The notes beneath the pieces are model-generated. The model ran no database searches, was not told where the DNA came from, and worked only from the letters and a program-made list of their open reading frames with translations. Shown one piece after another: positions 1 through 11,940 of a stretch of 64,000 nucleotides of DNA (positions are counted from its first letter, which is position 1; the number at the start of each line of letters is the position of its first letter). Source of the DNA: Eledone cirrhosa (lineage: Eukaryota); contig OZ024743.1 in the NCBI GenBank assembly GCA_964016885.1, forward strand, positions 125,612,001-125,676,000, in the 5' to 3' direction. A program made the translations under genes and the position numbers.

Positions 1-202
1 GGTCGCAGACCACTGAGAGCCACATACTGACCCTTAAATGTTATACTTCAATACCGTGTACTCTTTCCTTATGGTTCTCGCGGTTTAAAGGTTTGTACGG
101 TGATTTATTGGCCCTTTTGATACGAAACCACCTGAAACCGCCCCAAATTCTAGCATGTGTTTTTAACCGTAATATTATTTTATTCATAGTTGTATAAATA
201 AT

Positions 203-257
203 TGTTTCTACTTTTTGGCACAAGGCCAGCAATTACCCAGTGCATTTCTGGTACTTT
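203..257 (-). mobile_element. 5'-truncated SINE family A insertion with 17-bp TSD
   Basis: Reverse complement of the 3' end of the SINE at 4549-4735. It is flanked by identical atagttgtataaataat at 186-202 and 258-274. Confidence 0.85.
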
Positions 258-326
258 ATAGTTGTATAAATAATATTACAAATTGTTCACAATTCAGAAT
301 GAAAATATAAACACATATAATAAATA

Positions 327-693
327 TGTAGCGGTTGTCTCCCTTGTTTTGATTAGGATCTAGACGGGAAGTGGAACCCTTTCTGCAACTTCCGGTCAGA
401 GCCCTATAAAACTAACAACTTTAAGCTTCCTCTCTCTCTTTGCCTTTTCGGCACCAGGTCGAAGAGTCTTCTCATTTGGCTCTGCCATTAATTTGGCCAA
501 CAGGCGCCTGGCCTTAGCCAGGCGCCCTCTGCCAGCCGCGTTTGCCTGGCAATCAAAACGGTAACTACTAACTTTGTTTCATTCTAACATCTATCTTTGA
601 CATGTCAAGTATTCTATCTACCGTTAATTAAATATTATATACACAAACATTGTCTCGTTTTGTTACATTCATACAACCAGTACCCTCGCTATA
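327..693 (+). mobile_element. Solo LTR (Gypsy-like)
   Basis: Ends are TGTAGCG...CGCTATA with a 4-bp TSD AATA (323-326, 694-697). It contains TATAAAA and ATTAAA, and CRE sequence continues on both sides. Confidence 0.7.
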
Positions 694-1239
694 AATACAA
701 ATAATTATTGCTAGGAATCACACAAATATAACGCACCAAAATATATGATCAGGGAGAGAGAAAAAAAAAAAAGGGATCAAAAACAAAAAAAAAAAACGAC
801 CATCAATTCACCCCCAAGTGCAACAATCGACCGCACATCACAAGGGTCAACGGAATATTTTCAGACAAGCCAAAACGCTCGCAGCATTGCCATGCGTGAT
901 GGCGAGACTAAGTTACTAAAACAACAAGGCACCCTCACGGACATCACCTAACACCATCGGTAAGGCGGTGGTATTAGTCAGCGGCCCAGCTTAACCAAAC
1001 GTCACGAATGTCACAGGCTGGAAAAATACAAAACTGTTTATTAAAAAAAAACATTCCATCATAATTTCATGTTAAAATGCTTAAGGTGATTATATTACTA
1101 AATCTTCCGAATTCTGGATTATTTTCAACCTGATCTAAAAATCATAGGCAGTGGTTTTCATTAGAAAATATGGTAATGAAAGAAACAAAATATGGTAGTG
1201 AAAGAAAACAAAAAGAAAAAAAAAACAGAAGATGCTCAC

Positions 1240-1500
1240 TCAATAACACACCACGCCAAGGAGCGTTGGAGGCGCCCTCTTATATTTGATGTAAGCCAAC
1301 ACACTCAGTATTGCCGCATGTGATAGTGAGGCTAAGGCACTGTAATAGCCAAGCACGCTCGTGAGCATCACCTGATACCTCGGTGAGGTGAGCCGCCAAC
1401 AAGAACCTCGCTGTCGGCAGCCCAGCTTCCCTAAATGACTCAAATACCAAAAACTGAAAAGAAAAAAAAAAAAAGTGTGTCGATAATTCGTGGTTAGCAA
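1240..1500 (-). mobile_element. CRE-clade 3' fragment
   Basis: The minus strand reads approximately FQFLVFESF..LTEVSGDAHERAWLLQCLSLTITCGN, homologous to the CRE C-terminus at 2780-3000. Confidence 0.7.
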
Positions 1501-1554
1501 CACTTTTGAATATTGATGTCTTACATATTTGTATAGCGGATCAAATGTTAGAAT

Positions 1555-1750
1555 AAATGTTTGTGGTGGGGTGTTGATTCGGTTGTTAAGTGTGTATTCA
1601 TCGATTGCTCGGTTGTGTGGTCACTGTTGTGTAGAGTCTAGGCGAGGGAAGATTGATGTGTCCGATATAGTGTGACTAGAGATTGTAGGTTTGCAAGTAA
1701 GTGAATAACAATGTTCATTATGATGATAATGATATGATGGTTCCTTGGGT
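1555..1750. repeat. Unclassified dispersed repeat (second copy inverted at ~24505-24655)
   Basis: Blocks such as gtgttgattcggttgtt, gtcactgttgtgt, gtgtgactagag and gatatgatggttccttg recur reverse-complemented near 24.5 kb. Confidence 0.55.
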
Positions 1751-2599
1751 AATTTACTTTGATCGGGTAGGAAATGAAATATATCAACCACAATAACACA
1801 AAGCCGCTATGGTACTAATTTATTAAATATAACTTTCGCCGAAGTTATATGACAATACACGAAGAACAAATAACCACAGATGAATTGTGAGATGTTATGT
1901 ATCAGGATGATGTGTATGTGTGTTTGCTTGCAAAGGTATTATTAAAAATATATTTGCCAAACTTCTGTTGATGGTATGAATTTTGCTGGCTTGAGAGGGG
2001 GGAGGGGCACAGGGTCTGTGTAAAGCAGTGGACTACATCTTAACTGCTAGGAATCATCTCTGCAACTGTCCTCTTTGACTCTGGGAGCAATGTTGCTGGT
2101 CTTCCAAACTTGCTAACTATACATCATCTTCACTAGAACTCACTTATGCCACCCATCAAGCCTCTTTCTATTAACATTTAACTATATACTATTCCTAATT
2201 CCTCACCATCTTTCCTCCGAACACGTACTTTTCTCTGTCAATGTTTCCTCTCATCTTCTATTCTCAGGAGTCCAAATAAAACATGAACAGTACCAGCCTT
2301 ACTCAGATATTCCTATTTCGCTAATTAAAAAGAGGTTGTAAAAAATCTATAGGTTCTCCTCTCTACACATCAGCTGCAATATGAAAATTGATAGCTCCTG
2401 CAAGAAAAAAATACATTGTTATTTATTAGAAGTATCCAATTGTTGCCAAAGACTGTGTTTAAGAATCCATTAATTCTACAGGTCGTGCAATAATGTATAT
2501 GCATTCTTTTAAAAGTAGAAATGCTTCATGAAATACAGTCCTTTTTTTTTCTTTTGTTGGATATATAAACTAAACATTTTTTTTAAATGCTACCACTTA

Positions 2600-3810
2600 A
2601 ATTTTATTCACAATTGTATAAATAATATTACAAATATTACAAAGGAGAAAGAAAAAACACACAAGTAGGTAATACGCACGTCTTGGATTATGTACATCAA
2701 AAGGCAAATGAAAGAGGTAGACAAACGAACCACTGCCAAAACAAAAGATAACGATATCACAAGGAGTACTGGAACCTCTCTAATAATTCTTGAGGCAAGC
2801 CAGCACACTCGCAGCGTTATCTCGGGTGATGGCGAGGCTGGTGCGCTAAAATAGACAAGCGCCCTCACGAGCATCACCAGTTACTTCGGTCAGGCGAGAT
2901 GCCAGAGATGACAAGATCCTCGCAGTCAGCGGCCCGATTTCCCCAAACGTCTCGAACACCACAGGCTGGAAAGGGTAGGTAACCGACAAATCTCGGTATT
3001 TTAGAATTTTGTTCCGTTCGGCTACGGAAGCAGTAGCTCTCGCCCTAACCGCAGCATCCAGGATGCGGGAAGAAAAAAAGAGTCACTGACGTCCCAGATA
3101 AGACACCTGCCTCTTATCCAGGGGCACATCAGGCCTTTTCCCATCAATTCTGGACAACCCAGACTGTTTCAAAATTGAAGGGATGTTTACCCGAGCCAAA
3201 ACCCTCTTGATGATGAAGTTTAGCTCAGTGTGACGCGCGAAGCGACCAGCATTCAGACGGCAAGATAGACCGTGAAGGCCTGTGGAGTCGAGGAGCCTAC
3301 CACACCGATATTTCAGTCCGGTACAGTCATCGGCTCCCGCTCTAAGGGCAAGGGTGACACGAGGCTCCTCCAAACTGAGTAGACCACCGATGTTGGCCAC
3401 GGGTAGGGCATCAACCCAGTTTCCTGAGTATTTGACGCTAGTAGACAGTAAGCGGCACATTGAGAACTGATCTGACTGGTCGAAGAGACAGTCAAGGTGG
3501 CCTTCGAATGTATGTTGTCTCAAACACTGAATCCGTTTGTCCTCTGCCGTGTCAGGAACAGACAAACCCAGCTTTCTCCGTCGTAGAAGAGCTTCATCCA
3601 CCTCCGTTGAAACTAGTCCATGTTGGAAAGGAGAGGAGGTTGCCCACCAAGGTGGAGGAAATGAAGCAAAGGAGAAGGGGGGGGGACGAACATTTACGTA
3701 GACCAAGGCCTCCAAATCGCTTGGCCAACGCAGTCTGACCACGGGACTCTTAAGAGAATCTGACATTGACCAAGCACTCGAGCTTCTCGAAGATTAGGTC
3801 GTCAAAGCGT
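2600..3810 (-). mobile_element. CRE-clade retrotransposon, decayed C-terminal half (Zn-finger + restriction-like endonuclease)
   Basis: ORF 3083-3766 has RCG..LD..GLHGLSC...RH and RIDGKRPD. After a frameshift it reads AERNKILKYRDL...FQPVVFETFG...TGDARE...SLAITRDNAASVL, the typical CRE C-terminus. Confidence 0.85.
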
Positions 3811-4548
3811 TAAAATACAGTCCTTTTTTTACTCTTTTGTCGGAATATAAAGTAAACATTGTGAGTGAGATGTTTTTCTTTAACATTTCTGGAAAAACTG
3901 TCACTATAAAAGGTGGCAGGAGTATACTTATTTCCCCCAATACAGTTCGTATATATTTATTCCTTGGCACATTCAATTGCTATTAGTTGATAATGCTGTG
4001 TATGATTTCTGCAGTAACAATAATCAAGGCTATTTGTTAATCAACTATCTGCAATATTTCTATCAATTTATTACAAAGTCTGTTAGAATCAAGCCTGGAG
4101 TAAAACCTTATGCTATAAATTTGTGAGTGGGGGGATTGATTTAGGCTGAAAAATAGTATTGATCTCAGACTTGGGGGAATAATTTATGCTATTTTACGGC
4201 ATTACTTCTTTCGGTGTAGGAACCGAGAAAGAGAGAGCAAAAAAAAAAAGAAAAGAACACATTTTATTATGATAGTTTTACAGCAGACTACTCTTCAATT
4301 TGAGTTTCTCCTGTTTTCTTTGTTAAATATATGTATTGTGATGTTATCAACGATTTTCTTATTGAATATAGAGAAAAATGTTCACTGTGAACGCCTCAGT
4401 TACTTCTTTTCGCGTCTATCATTTACACTTCACAGCTGGTTTTTATTCGATAAACCTAGTTACAGTACACCGTTCGCAAATAACTGTTTTCCTAAGTTGC
4501 CTATCTAATTCGTTATTTATACATCTTCGCGCCTCTGACTGACATTAT

Positions 4549-4735
4549 GGGTGGATTGGCAGTATCGGTAGAGGGTCGGACGCCATGCTTTCCAGCATAG
4601 TTACGTCCCTTTACGATCTGAGTTCAAATCCCGCCGAGGTTGACTTTGCCTTTCATCCTTACGGGGTCGATAAAATAAAGTACCAGTAATGCACTGGGTA
4701 ATTGCTGGCCTTGTGTCAAAAGTAGAAACAATTAT
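4549..4735 (+). mobile_element. tRNA-derived SINE family A (~185 bp)
   Basis: A-box-like tggcagtatcggtag and B-box gagttcaaatccc. Near-identical copies at 33907, 36768, 40958(-) and 44527; fragments at ~8655, 27682, 34134, 39575 and 60370. Confidence 0.9.
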
Positions 4736-5275
4736 CTACTAATACACTATCATTCTGTATTTTTGTATATTATCTATCCAAACGAAAGTCTGTCTATTGA
4801 TTGACAAAGACTTTATATAATATTATTTATCCAAACAAAAGCTTGTCTATTAATTTATTCAGTCTCTAATAAAAAATTTAAAAAAATGAATAATTAAAGG
4901 CATATTTTTAAGTTCTAAAAGACCAGGTTTTCTTTACCCTACTCCACATGCATCTTGTCAGTATTCTTGCCTAGTTCAATTGTTACACAACCTTAGTTGC
5001 CGTTAACAATTGCCAAATAAGACCTGTAAAGAATGCCATAGCTTAGCACCTCATCATGTCTAAATCTGGCCTTGCTGCTCACATGTCTATATAATTACAT
5101 TGTCATGACGTCTAACATATTTGCGTGTCAAGCATTTTGTTTAACATGTTTTCTTCGTCTTAAATTGTTTTCAGTTTCCTATGCATTTAACATGTTACCT
5201 GGCAAATTTATGTTTGTATGAAGTGTTGTTTACATATATGACTGCTTGTTCCTAACATACTATCTTGCTCTCAAG

Positions 5276-5347
5276 TTAAATCTGAGTCAGCAAGTGGACT
5301 TACACAGTTCTTCACTCTACTCAATACAACTGCCGATTAGAGAAGGT
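5276..5347 (+). CDS. Candidate host exon (LNLSQQVDLHSSSLYSIQLPIREG)
   Basis: Branch-like cctaac, pyrimidine tract ending in aag, 72 bp open in one frame only, then a gtaagt donor. No recognisable homology. Confidence 0.3.
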
Positions 5348-5859
5348 GTAAGTCAATGGTATTTATTTAAGGTCACTATTGAAAAAATAAAGATATCAAA
5401 TTACAGAAAACATAAAGCTATATTATAATATAGTTGCGTGAGTGTGTGTGTGTGTAATACAATGAGAACAGCCTTCTGCATTCAGTGAATTTTGTGATAC
5501 TTGATACTGTAATATAATTACTCATTTTACTAGAGGGCTCAACTTGGTTATCCATATAATTGTTTAATATAGACGCCAGACTTTTCCCAAAAGCACTTTA
5601 TTTAAAGGAAACCAACCCTTGTTAGACGTCGTAAATCTTTGAACAGTTGTACGTTTACTGTTAAAATGCCTATCGAATGCATACATGTTTCCCAACATAC
5701 TAAACAGTGGCGATTCCAGATCAGCTAGAGACCTTGTGTATAAACCATCAGTACAGTAGCTAAAGGGATGTGGCATCCCGGGCGACACTTTTGGGTCTGC
5801 TGTGGGCTATAAGGGTACTTTAATGCTGTAGCACAGCTGTGTGTAGGAGACGCCATCTT

Positions 5860-6190
5860 CGTTGTTATCATGGCGACTCGCCTTACTGAGGTGATGCCCG
5901 TGAGTGTGTCTGGTTATTTCAGCGCCTTAGCCTCGCCATCACCCGTGGTAATGCTGTGAGCGTGATGGCTTGCCTGAAAGTGTGCAATTAATCCCCAAGG
6001 TGTGAGGTGTTGCCAATTGTCGCACTTGTTGGTGAATTCCCGCCGCCCCCTCTTTTTTGCCTTCCTTTATCATTTTTGTTCAATGAATTTATATTATTGT
6101 GTTACTATACACGGTTTAGACATTCTATTTGTAATGTTCTGAACGAATTGCGAGCGATTTGTAATGTTATTTTTGTATACATTTAAAACA
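5860..6190 (+). mobile_element. CRE-clade 3' fragment
   Basis: Reads ..GDARECVWLFQRLSLAITRGNAVSVMACLKVCN*, followed by a 3' UTR similar to the minus-strand copies. Confidence 0.75.
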
Positions 6191-6599
6191 TATTTGCAAT
6201 GTTTAAAAAAAAATTTTTTCAGTTATTTTGCTTGACAGAAGTTTATTCGAGGGTATGTGTTGCTCTATTTTCCGTCTTTTGAGCCTGGTCTTTCTGGCCA
6301 GACCAATTTTGTGTGTGATTAGTTTAATTTTTGGCGATTTGGCCGATTGTCTTGGTCGTGCCTTCACCTTGCAGCTCTTATTGACCACCCATCTTTTACC
6401 TTTGATTTTCAGTTGAACCTGTTTTTCGAAATTATTGTATTCCAGCTTATTCAATGTTCACTTTCCTTGTCATTAAATTACCATCAGTATATTATTTGCT
6501 TTCTGATCAAGTAACCTACCGTATGTTCCATTCTCTGATACTTGACGGTGTAATGTAGGTTATTGTAAATAATGTGTATCATACGTATTTTACATTAGG

Positions 6600-8440
6600 T
6601 AAATATAGTGTTTCACCACTGCTACTACTGAAGCTGGAGAAGGTTATGAATCCAAATCAGTGTCAAAGTCAATAGATTCAACTTCAAGCGATTCAGCTTC
6701 AACTCCTTTAAGTGAGGAAGAAAATATTCCGGGGCTAGCTGTGGACAGAGTGGACTTAAAAGATGTTGGCTTATGGTCAAGCAAGATTAGCAATGACACA
6801 CGGATCTTTCTGGTATGCCAAGGTGCGTCTATGGAAAATCTAGATTCTGATTTTGGTGAAGTGATTCATCAAGGTGTGTCAACCAAAGAACAAACTAGAC
6901 AACTAACACACGAGAGGTTTTTCAAACTCTGCCCAATGGCGAAAAAATGTTGAGATCATGGATGGTGGGCTCCTTTTCCAAGGAAGCTCTTTACTGCTTT
7001 TGTTGCAAACTGTTTTCAGACAAAAGTAACTCAAAATTTAATTCCGAGGATCGATTCAACACATGGTAGAAACTGAAGCCTAAAATATCCAAGCATGAAT
7101 CTGTAGCGGAGTTGTTTCATGGCGCATAACAATAATCTATTCATGCGTGATTTGGTCACCGGTTGACCAATCGTAACTCGCGTATGAATATTAACTATTT
7201 CCACCCAAAGAAGAAATTTTGAGCTTCTTTTGTTTCACTTTATATTAGTTGCTGTTTTGACTTCAGGAAGCTAACATCCATTTTTCCTTGCCGTGTCAAC
7301 AATTAACCAAAATGTAACCGTAAATTACAACTTCGGCCTGGTCGGCTAGGGACCTCTTTCTTTGCATATAACATTTAATTTTGTTTGTCCACTTTCATTG
7401 GCATGCCACCACAACATTTTGTAAATCTGTTCCGGTTGTAAATAAATCATGTAAAAAGTTATAAAGTCTTATAATACTTTTACTGCCACCAACTTGGACA
7501 TGATATGGGAAAATCCTTTACCTAAGGTTCTATCACTACAACAGCAAATTCTCTTCTTTCGTGGCGACAACCTTACAACTGAATAACAACTTCAACTTCT
7601 ACGTTACATTCATCTTTACCGGCAAACATTCACTGCTACACACAAACAACTAACTATTCATTCTTTTTCGTCTATCACCAACAAAAATCTTTCTGTTAAA
7701 AATCCAGTGCAGCTCATGTTCAGAATATCACACAATGGAAGATGTTGGAAATTAGGATTGCTTGTGGAGCAACAATTGATAAAAAAGAACAAGAAGTTGT
7801 TGAAAGCCAAGTGAAAAAGTGGAAGGAAATTCTTTCAAGATTGCTTGATATTATTAGATTCTTAGCTAAACAGAATTTGGCTTTAAGAGGCCGTCGAGAA
7901 GAAAGGAATTATGAAAGAAATGAGACTGATGTTGAACCTGAAGCAATGGAAAATAGAGGAAATTTTTTAGAGCTTGTTCATTTGTTGGTGAAATATGATC
8001 CAATGCTACGTGAACATCTTCTAAAAATCCAGTTGGGAAACAAGTTTGCTACTTCCTTTATGTCTACTTGGTGCGTTGCAATAATTTTTCTTTTTGTGCT
8101 TTCTTGGCCTGTGAAGACCCGTCCTCCTAGAAATTAACGACACACAGACTTACCTCCAAACCAAAGGATTGAACATACAACAATGTGATATGAAACTCAC
8201 GGCATTAGAAACATTTCTAGCTGAAAACAGGGACAAGCTAGTGAGTAATGTAGTTAACTATGCTTAAGAAATTTGCAATGATCTGGGGATAGTCATGGAG
8301 CATCAGCGTCATACCCCAAAAGAAGAAACAAATGTTTGGTGAAGGATTACGAGATGCTGAATTGCCAAACGACATTGAATTGAGGTGAAAGAGAAATGTT
8401 TTCTTCACTGGACAAAGTGATTCAAGAAATATATGCTTCC
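6600..8440 (+). pseudogene. Decayed hAT (ZMYM1/ZNF862-like, DUF4371) transposase
   Basis: TTF-type Zn finger (RSWMV..EALYCFCCKLF..KHESSAAH) and IIRFLAKQNLALRG..NRGNFLELVHLLVKYDPML. It carries frameshifts, stops and an LTR insertion. A possible hAT-type end cagtggcg lies at 5705. Confidence 0.85.
7102..7700 (+). mobile_element. Solo LTR inserted in the hAT transposase
   Basis: TGTAGCGG...CTGTTAAA with TSD AATC (7098-7101, 7701-7704). Removing it restores the frame KISKHESSAAHVQNITQWKMLE. Confidence 0.8.
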
Positions 8441-8794
8441 AAGTATAACAATTAACACTTTAGTCTATGCTATGGACTCTTAACTCTTGATAGTCGTAAG
8501 GATGCTACCATTACATTCAGCGTGTCTAGGGCATTTAAGCCTGGTGGAGTCCATTCCTCTCCAAGTCTGAATACAGTCGATTTTTCAAAAGAAATAGGGA
8601 GAAATGAGAAAGATATAAAAGAAGAATCAACCCTTGTATTGAAGTGATGCTTTATTTATCAACCTCAAAAGGATGAAAGGCAAATTTGACCTCAGCAGGA
8701 TTTGAACTCAATGTTGCTGCAACTTACTCTCTCTTTTATTTACATTCTCCTACTGTCACCCATACCCTCTGTCATTTGACAGCCTCCTACTTAC

Positions 8795-8850
8795 ACAGTC
8801 TTTCATTTGTATTAGAGCAAATAAAAACACATTGCAAAACATAAATAAAC
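8795..8850 (-). CDS. Candidate host exon (56 bp)
   Basis: Minus-strand tgcag acceptor and gtaagt donor. It joins the 10924-10984 candidate without a stop. Confidence 0.3.
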
Positions 8851-9120
8851 CTGCATCATACCAGTCAAAAATAATGGAGCATATAGTAAAAAGTATTTAT
8901 TTCAATAATTCTCCTTGATTACAAGTTTTCTTTGACCTTCGTAAACTTCAATCTGCCTCATCCTCTCCTTTTTCTTTTTCTTGGTAGTAATAGTATATTT
9001 TTATTTATTTTACTTTCTTACCACTTCCTAGACAGAAATTTCTTATCATCTCATGTGTATCATCTCAGTCTATGTGTGTGCATGTAAATACACACACATA
9101 TATAACATATATTATATATA

Positions 9121-10322
9121 TCTATATACTGTATATAAAACTGAGGATGTCTGTGTGTGTGTGTGTGAGTTTGAATCCCTAAAACTCGAGAACCACCCAA
9201 CCGACTGTTTTCAAACTTTACACATGTAATACTTATGTTTCAGGAGTGTTCTGAGAAACAAAAAATTTCAAATTTTCAATGCCCTAGGCGATTTAGCGTT
9301 CCCTCTCTATAATTCTTAGTCTTTCTCTTTTTAGATAGATACATACATATAACGTCGCGCCCTTATAATATCTGTCTGTATGTCTGGCTGTCTGCATTAC
9401 GTCACTTCCCTGAGGATGTCTGTCTGTGTGTGTGTCTGTGAGTTTGAATCCCTAAAACTCGAGAAGTACCCAACCGATTTTTTTCAAACTTTACATGTGT
9501 ATTACTTATGTTTCAGGGAGTGTTATGCACATGAAAAAATTCAACTTTTTAAAATCTCCTAGGGCCCGCATTAAGTGAAAAACTGCGTTTTTAAAGATTT
9601 TTAGGTGTTTTTTGAGACGTTACGTCAGACCGATTTCCTTAAAATTGTAACTATGTATTAGTCAGTTGTCTGCATTACGTCACTTCTGTCTGCATTACGT
9701 CACTTCCCTGAGGATGTCTGTCTGTGTATGTGGGTTTGAATCCCTAAATCTCGAGAAGTACCCAACCGACTTTTTTCAAACTTTACATGTGTATTACTTA
9801 TGTTTCAGGGAGTGTTATGCACATAAAAAATTCAACTTTTTCATCCCATATCCCGCATTAGGTGAAAAACTGCGTTTTTTCAGGTTTTTAGGGGTTTTTT
9901 GAGGCGTTATGTCAGACTGATTTCCTTGAAATTGTAACTATGTATTAGTCAGTCTCTTCTTCATACCGTGAGCAAAGAAAATCCAACTTTTTTATGGCCT
10001 AGGGCCCGCATTAGGTGAAAAACTTCATTTTTTTCCAGCTTTTTAGGGCCTTTTTGAGGCGTTACGCTTTATTGAGGCGTTTCTTCCTGAAATTTCAAGG
10101 CATATTATGCACATGAAAAAATTAATTTTCTTGATCCCCTAGGGCCCGCTTTAGGTGAAAACCTGCATTTTTCCTGCCTCATCGAGGAAAATCTGAAAGA
10201 TTATCCAGCCATCAGAGTATTCGGTTTATTTTCTTTACATATTGTCGAGGCATGCAATAGGTCTGTTGGCGGCCTGCGTTCCAAAATACCTTATCCCGTG
10301 CAACGCCGGGTACCACTGATAG
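9121..10322 (+). mobile_element. Non-autonomous Helitron with internal tandem modules
   Basis: 5' TC(TA)n-AAAA start, 3' hairpin cccgtgcaacgccggg and a (C/A)TAG end. Highly similar to 35436-36296. Confidence 0.8.
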
Positions 10323-10449
10323 TGTTATATATATTTATATGTGCGTTTGTGTTATATATGTGCAAAAGGCAAACAGAAATAACAAAGTAAACAACACGGT
10401 ACAATGAAGAAATATATTATTAGTATTATAATTGATATAGTAGGAAAAG

Positions 10450-10490
10450 AATCTTAATGTTTCGGACGCTAGTCCTTCATCAGAAAATAG
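10450..10490 (-). ncRNA. Minimal hammerhead ribozyme-like motif (Penelope-type), probably degenerate
   Basis: The minus strand reads CTGATGA-a-GGAC-tagc-GTCC-GAAAC-ATT-AAGA. The short stem I is tttt/aaga. Confidence 0.6.
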
Positions 10491-10923
10491 AATGAAAAAT
10501 TAAAGAAGAAATAGAAAGATTGAGGAGACAGGCTGTGGCGGAAACAAAAAAACACATTTTTTCAGAGAACAAAACAGGTCCATTCATGTCACCATCTCTA
10601 AGAAAACTATTCATGAGGGGAAAAAAACGTTTTATATAGAGAGCTGTATGTGTGTGTGTTAAGCATACGAAGCTAAGAGGATATGTGTGTTTGTATGTAA
10701 GTATGAAGCTGTGAGCAAACGTGTGTATTAGTTGTTGGTCCGTTATATATAGATATGTACATACACATTATCGTTTAATGTCCTACTTACCCTGCTAATT
10801 TGTGTGTGTGTAATATTTCATCAAATAAGGATAAAATAAATACTGGTGGACATCAAGTCCGGCACTCTGCCATTTCAGTCAACTTGTCATTTTTAATATA
10901 CAAAATATTAATTTATTACTCAC

Positions 10924-10984
10924 ATTGCTGAAATGCCAATGGACAGAATATAATCAATTGGATTGTTTCCATTATATGCCAAAT
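10924..10984 (-). CDS. Candidate host exon (61 bp)
   Basis: Acceptor ttgtctctcag and donor gtgagt. Open as (D)LAYNGNNPIDYILSIGISA or IWHIMETIQLIIFCPLAFQQ. Confidence 0.4.
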
Positions 10985-11112
10985 CTGAGAGACAAATACA
11001 AATCCCTGGAGTATTTCAAAGTAACATAACTAAATTGTAAAAGTCTCCTGTTTCTTCTACTCCATCAAGAATGCAGAATAATAATGAAAAAAAAAAAAGC
11101 AAATTATAATGG

Positions 11113-11300
11113 GCATAGGCATGGCTGTGTGGTTAAGTTCACTTCATAATCACATGCTTTTGAGTTCTATCCCACTGAATGACATCTTGGACAAGTGTCT
11201 TCTATTGTAGCCTTGTGAGTGAATTTAGTAGATGTAAGGAAGCACATTGTATATATGTATGTATGTATGTGTGTATGCATGCATGTCTGTGTGTTTGTCT
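11113..11300 (+). mobile_element. Diverged tRNA-derived SINE
   Basis: Head gcatggctgtgtggttaag..gagttctatccc, central cttggacaagtgtctt block and a (TG/TATG) tail. Confidence 0.6.
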
Positions 11301-11321
11301 CGTCTCTATTCAATATAATAT

Positions 11322-11430
11322 ATTGGAACGGTAATGAAATAAAGAAAATAGACACCAATATCAGGAAACATCTGACCTGTAATAGAATACATCACTCAAA
11401 AACAGATGTGGATCACTTCTATCTCCCAAA
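11322..11430 (+). mobile_element. R4/Dong RT-downstream fragment
   Basis: WNGNEIKKIDTNIRKHLT..HSKTDVDHFYLPK parallels WTIDEIRAVDVGTRKIL..HINSDIDRLYLKR in the Dong copy at ~62060. Confidence 0.7.
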
Positions 11431-11590
11431 ATAAAATGATCCAGCTTGAACTGAAGTGAATAATGCAAATCATCCATTGATGGATACAATTGATCATGAT
11501 CAGTTAAACCATTAACTCTGTTTATCACATTCATACATGTGATAACAAATATATGTCCCTTTTTATGTATGTGAATATCTATATGTATGA

Positions 11591-11940
11591 TGGAGGCACA
11601 TGGCTTAGTGGTTAGAGCATTGGCCTTGCAATCGAAAGGTTGTGAGTTCAATTCTCAGACCAGGTGATGTGTTGTTTCCTTGAGCAAGACACTTTATTTC
11701 ACATTGCTCCAGTTTACTCAGCTGTAGAAATGAGATGATAGGGACAGGGTTCCCTATCATTCCACTGCAAAGTGGTCGTGGATGTGCCACGGCAAAAAAG
11801 CACCCAGCACTCACTGTAAATGAGGTTGGTGTTAGGAAGGGCATCCAGCTGTAGAAATCAAGCCAGCATCAGTTCTCGTCCCACCCTTGCAAGCAGGGAA
11901 AAAGCGGACATAAAATGAAATGATGATGATGATGATGATG
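11591..11940 (+). mobile_element. tRNA-derived SINE family B with RTE-derived tail
   Basis: A box tggcttagtgg, B box gagttcaattc, ccttgagcaagacactt central block, RTE-like 3' part and (GAT)n tail. Confidence 0.9.

Larger units (their letters stand above)
180..1022 (-). mobile_element. CRE-clade non-LTR retrotransposon 3' fragment, interrupted by a SINE piece and a solo LTR
   Basis: 870-1022 is similar to the ORF end of the copy at 2780-2970. The tail ttgtataaataatattacaaat (~262-283) matches 2614-2635. Confidence 0.7.

Noticed and set aside
4549-4640. tRNA genes at SINE heads (also 11591, 20441, 33907, 43990, 44527)
   Set aside because: A and B boxes are present, but I see no full cloverleaf and each continues into a repeated SINE body.
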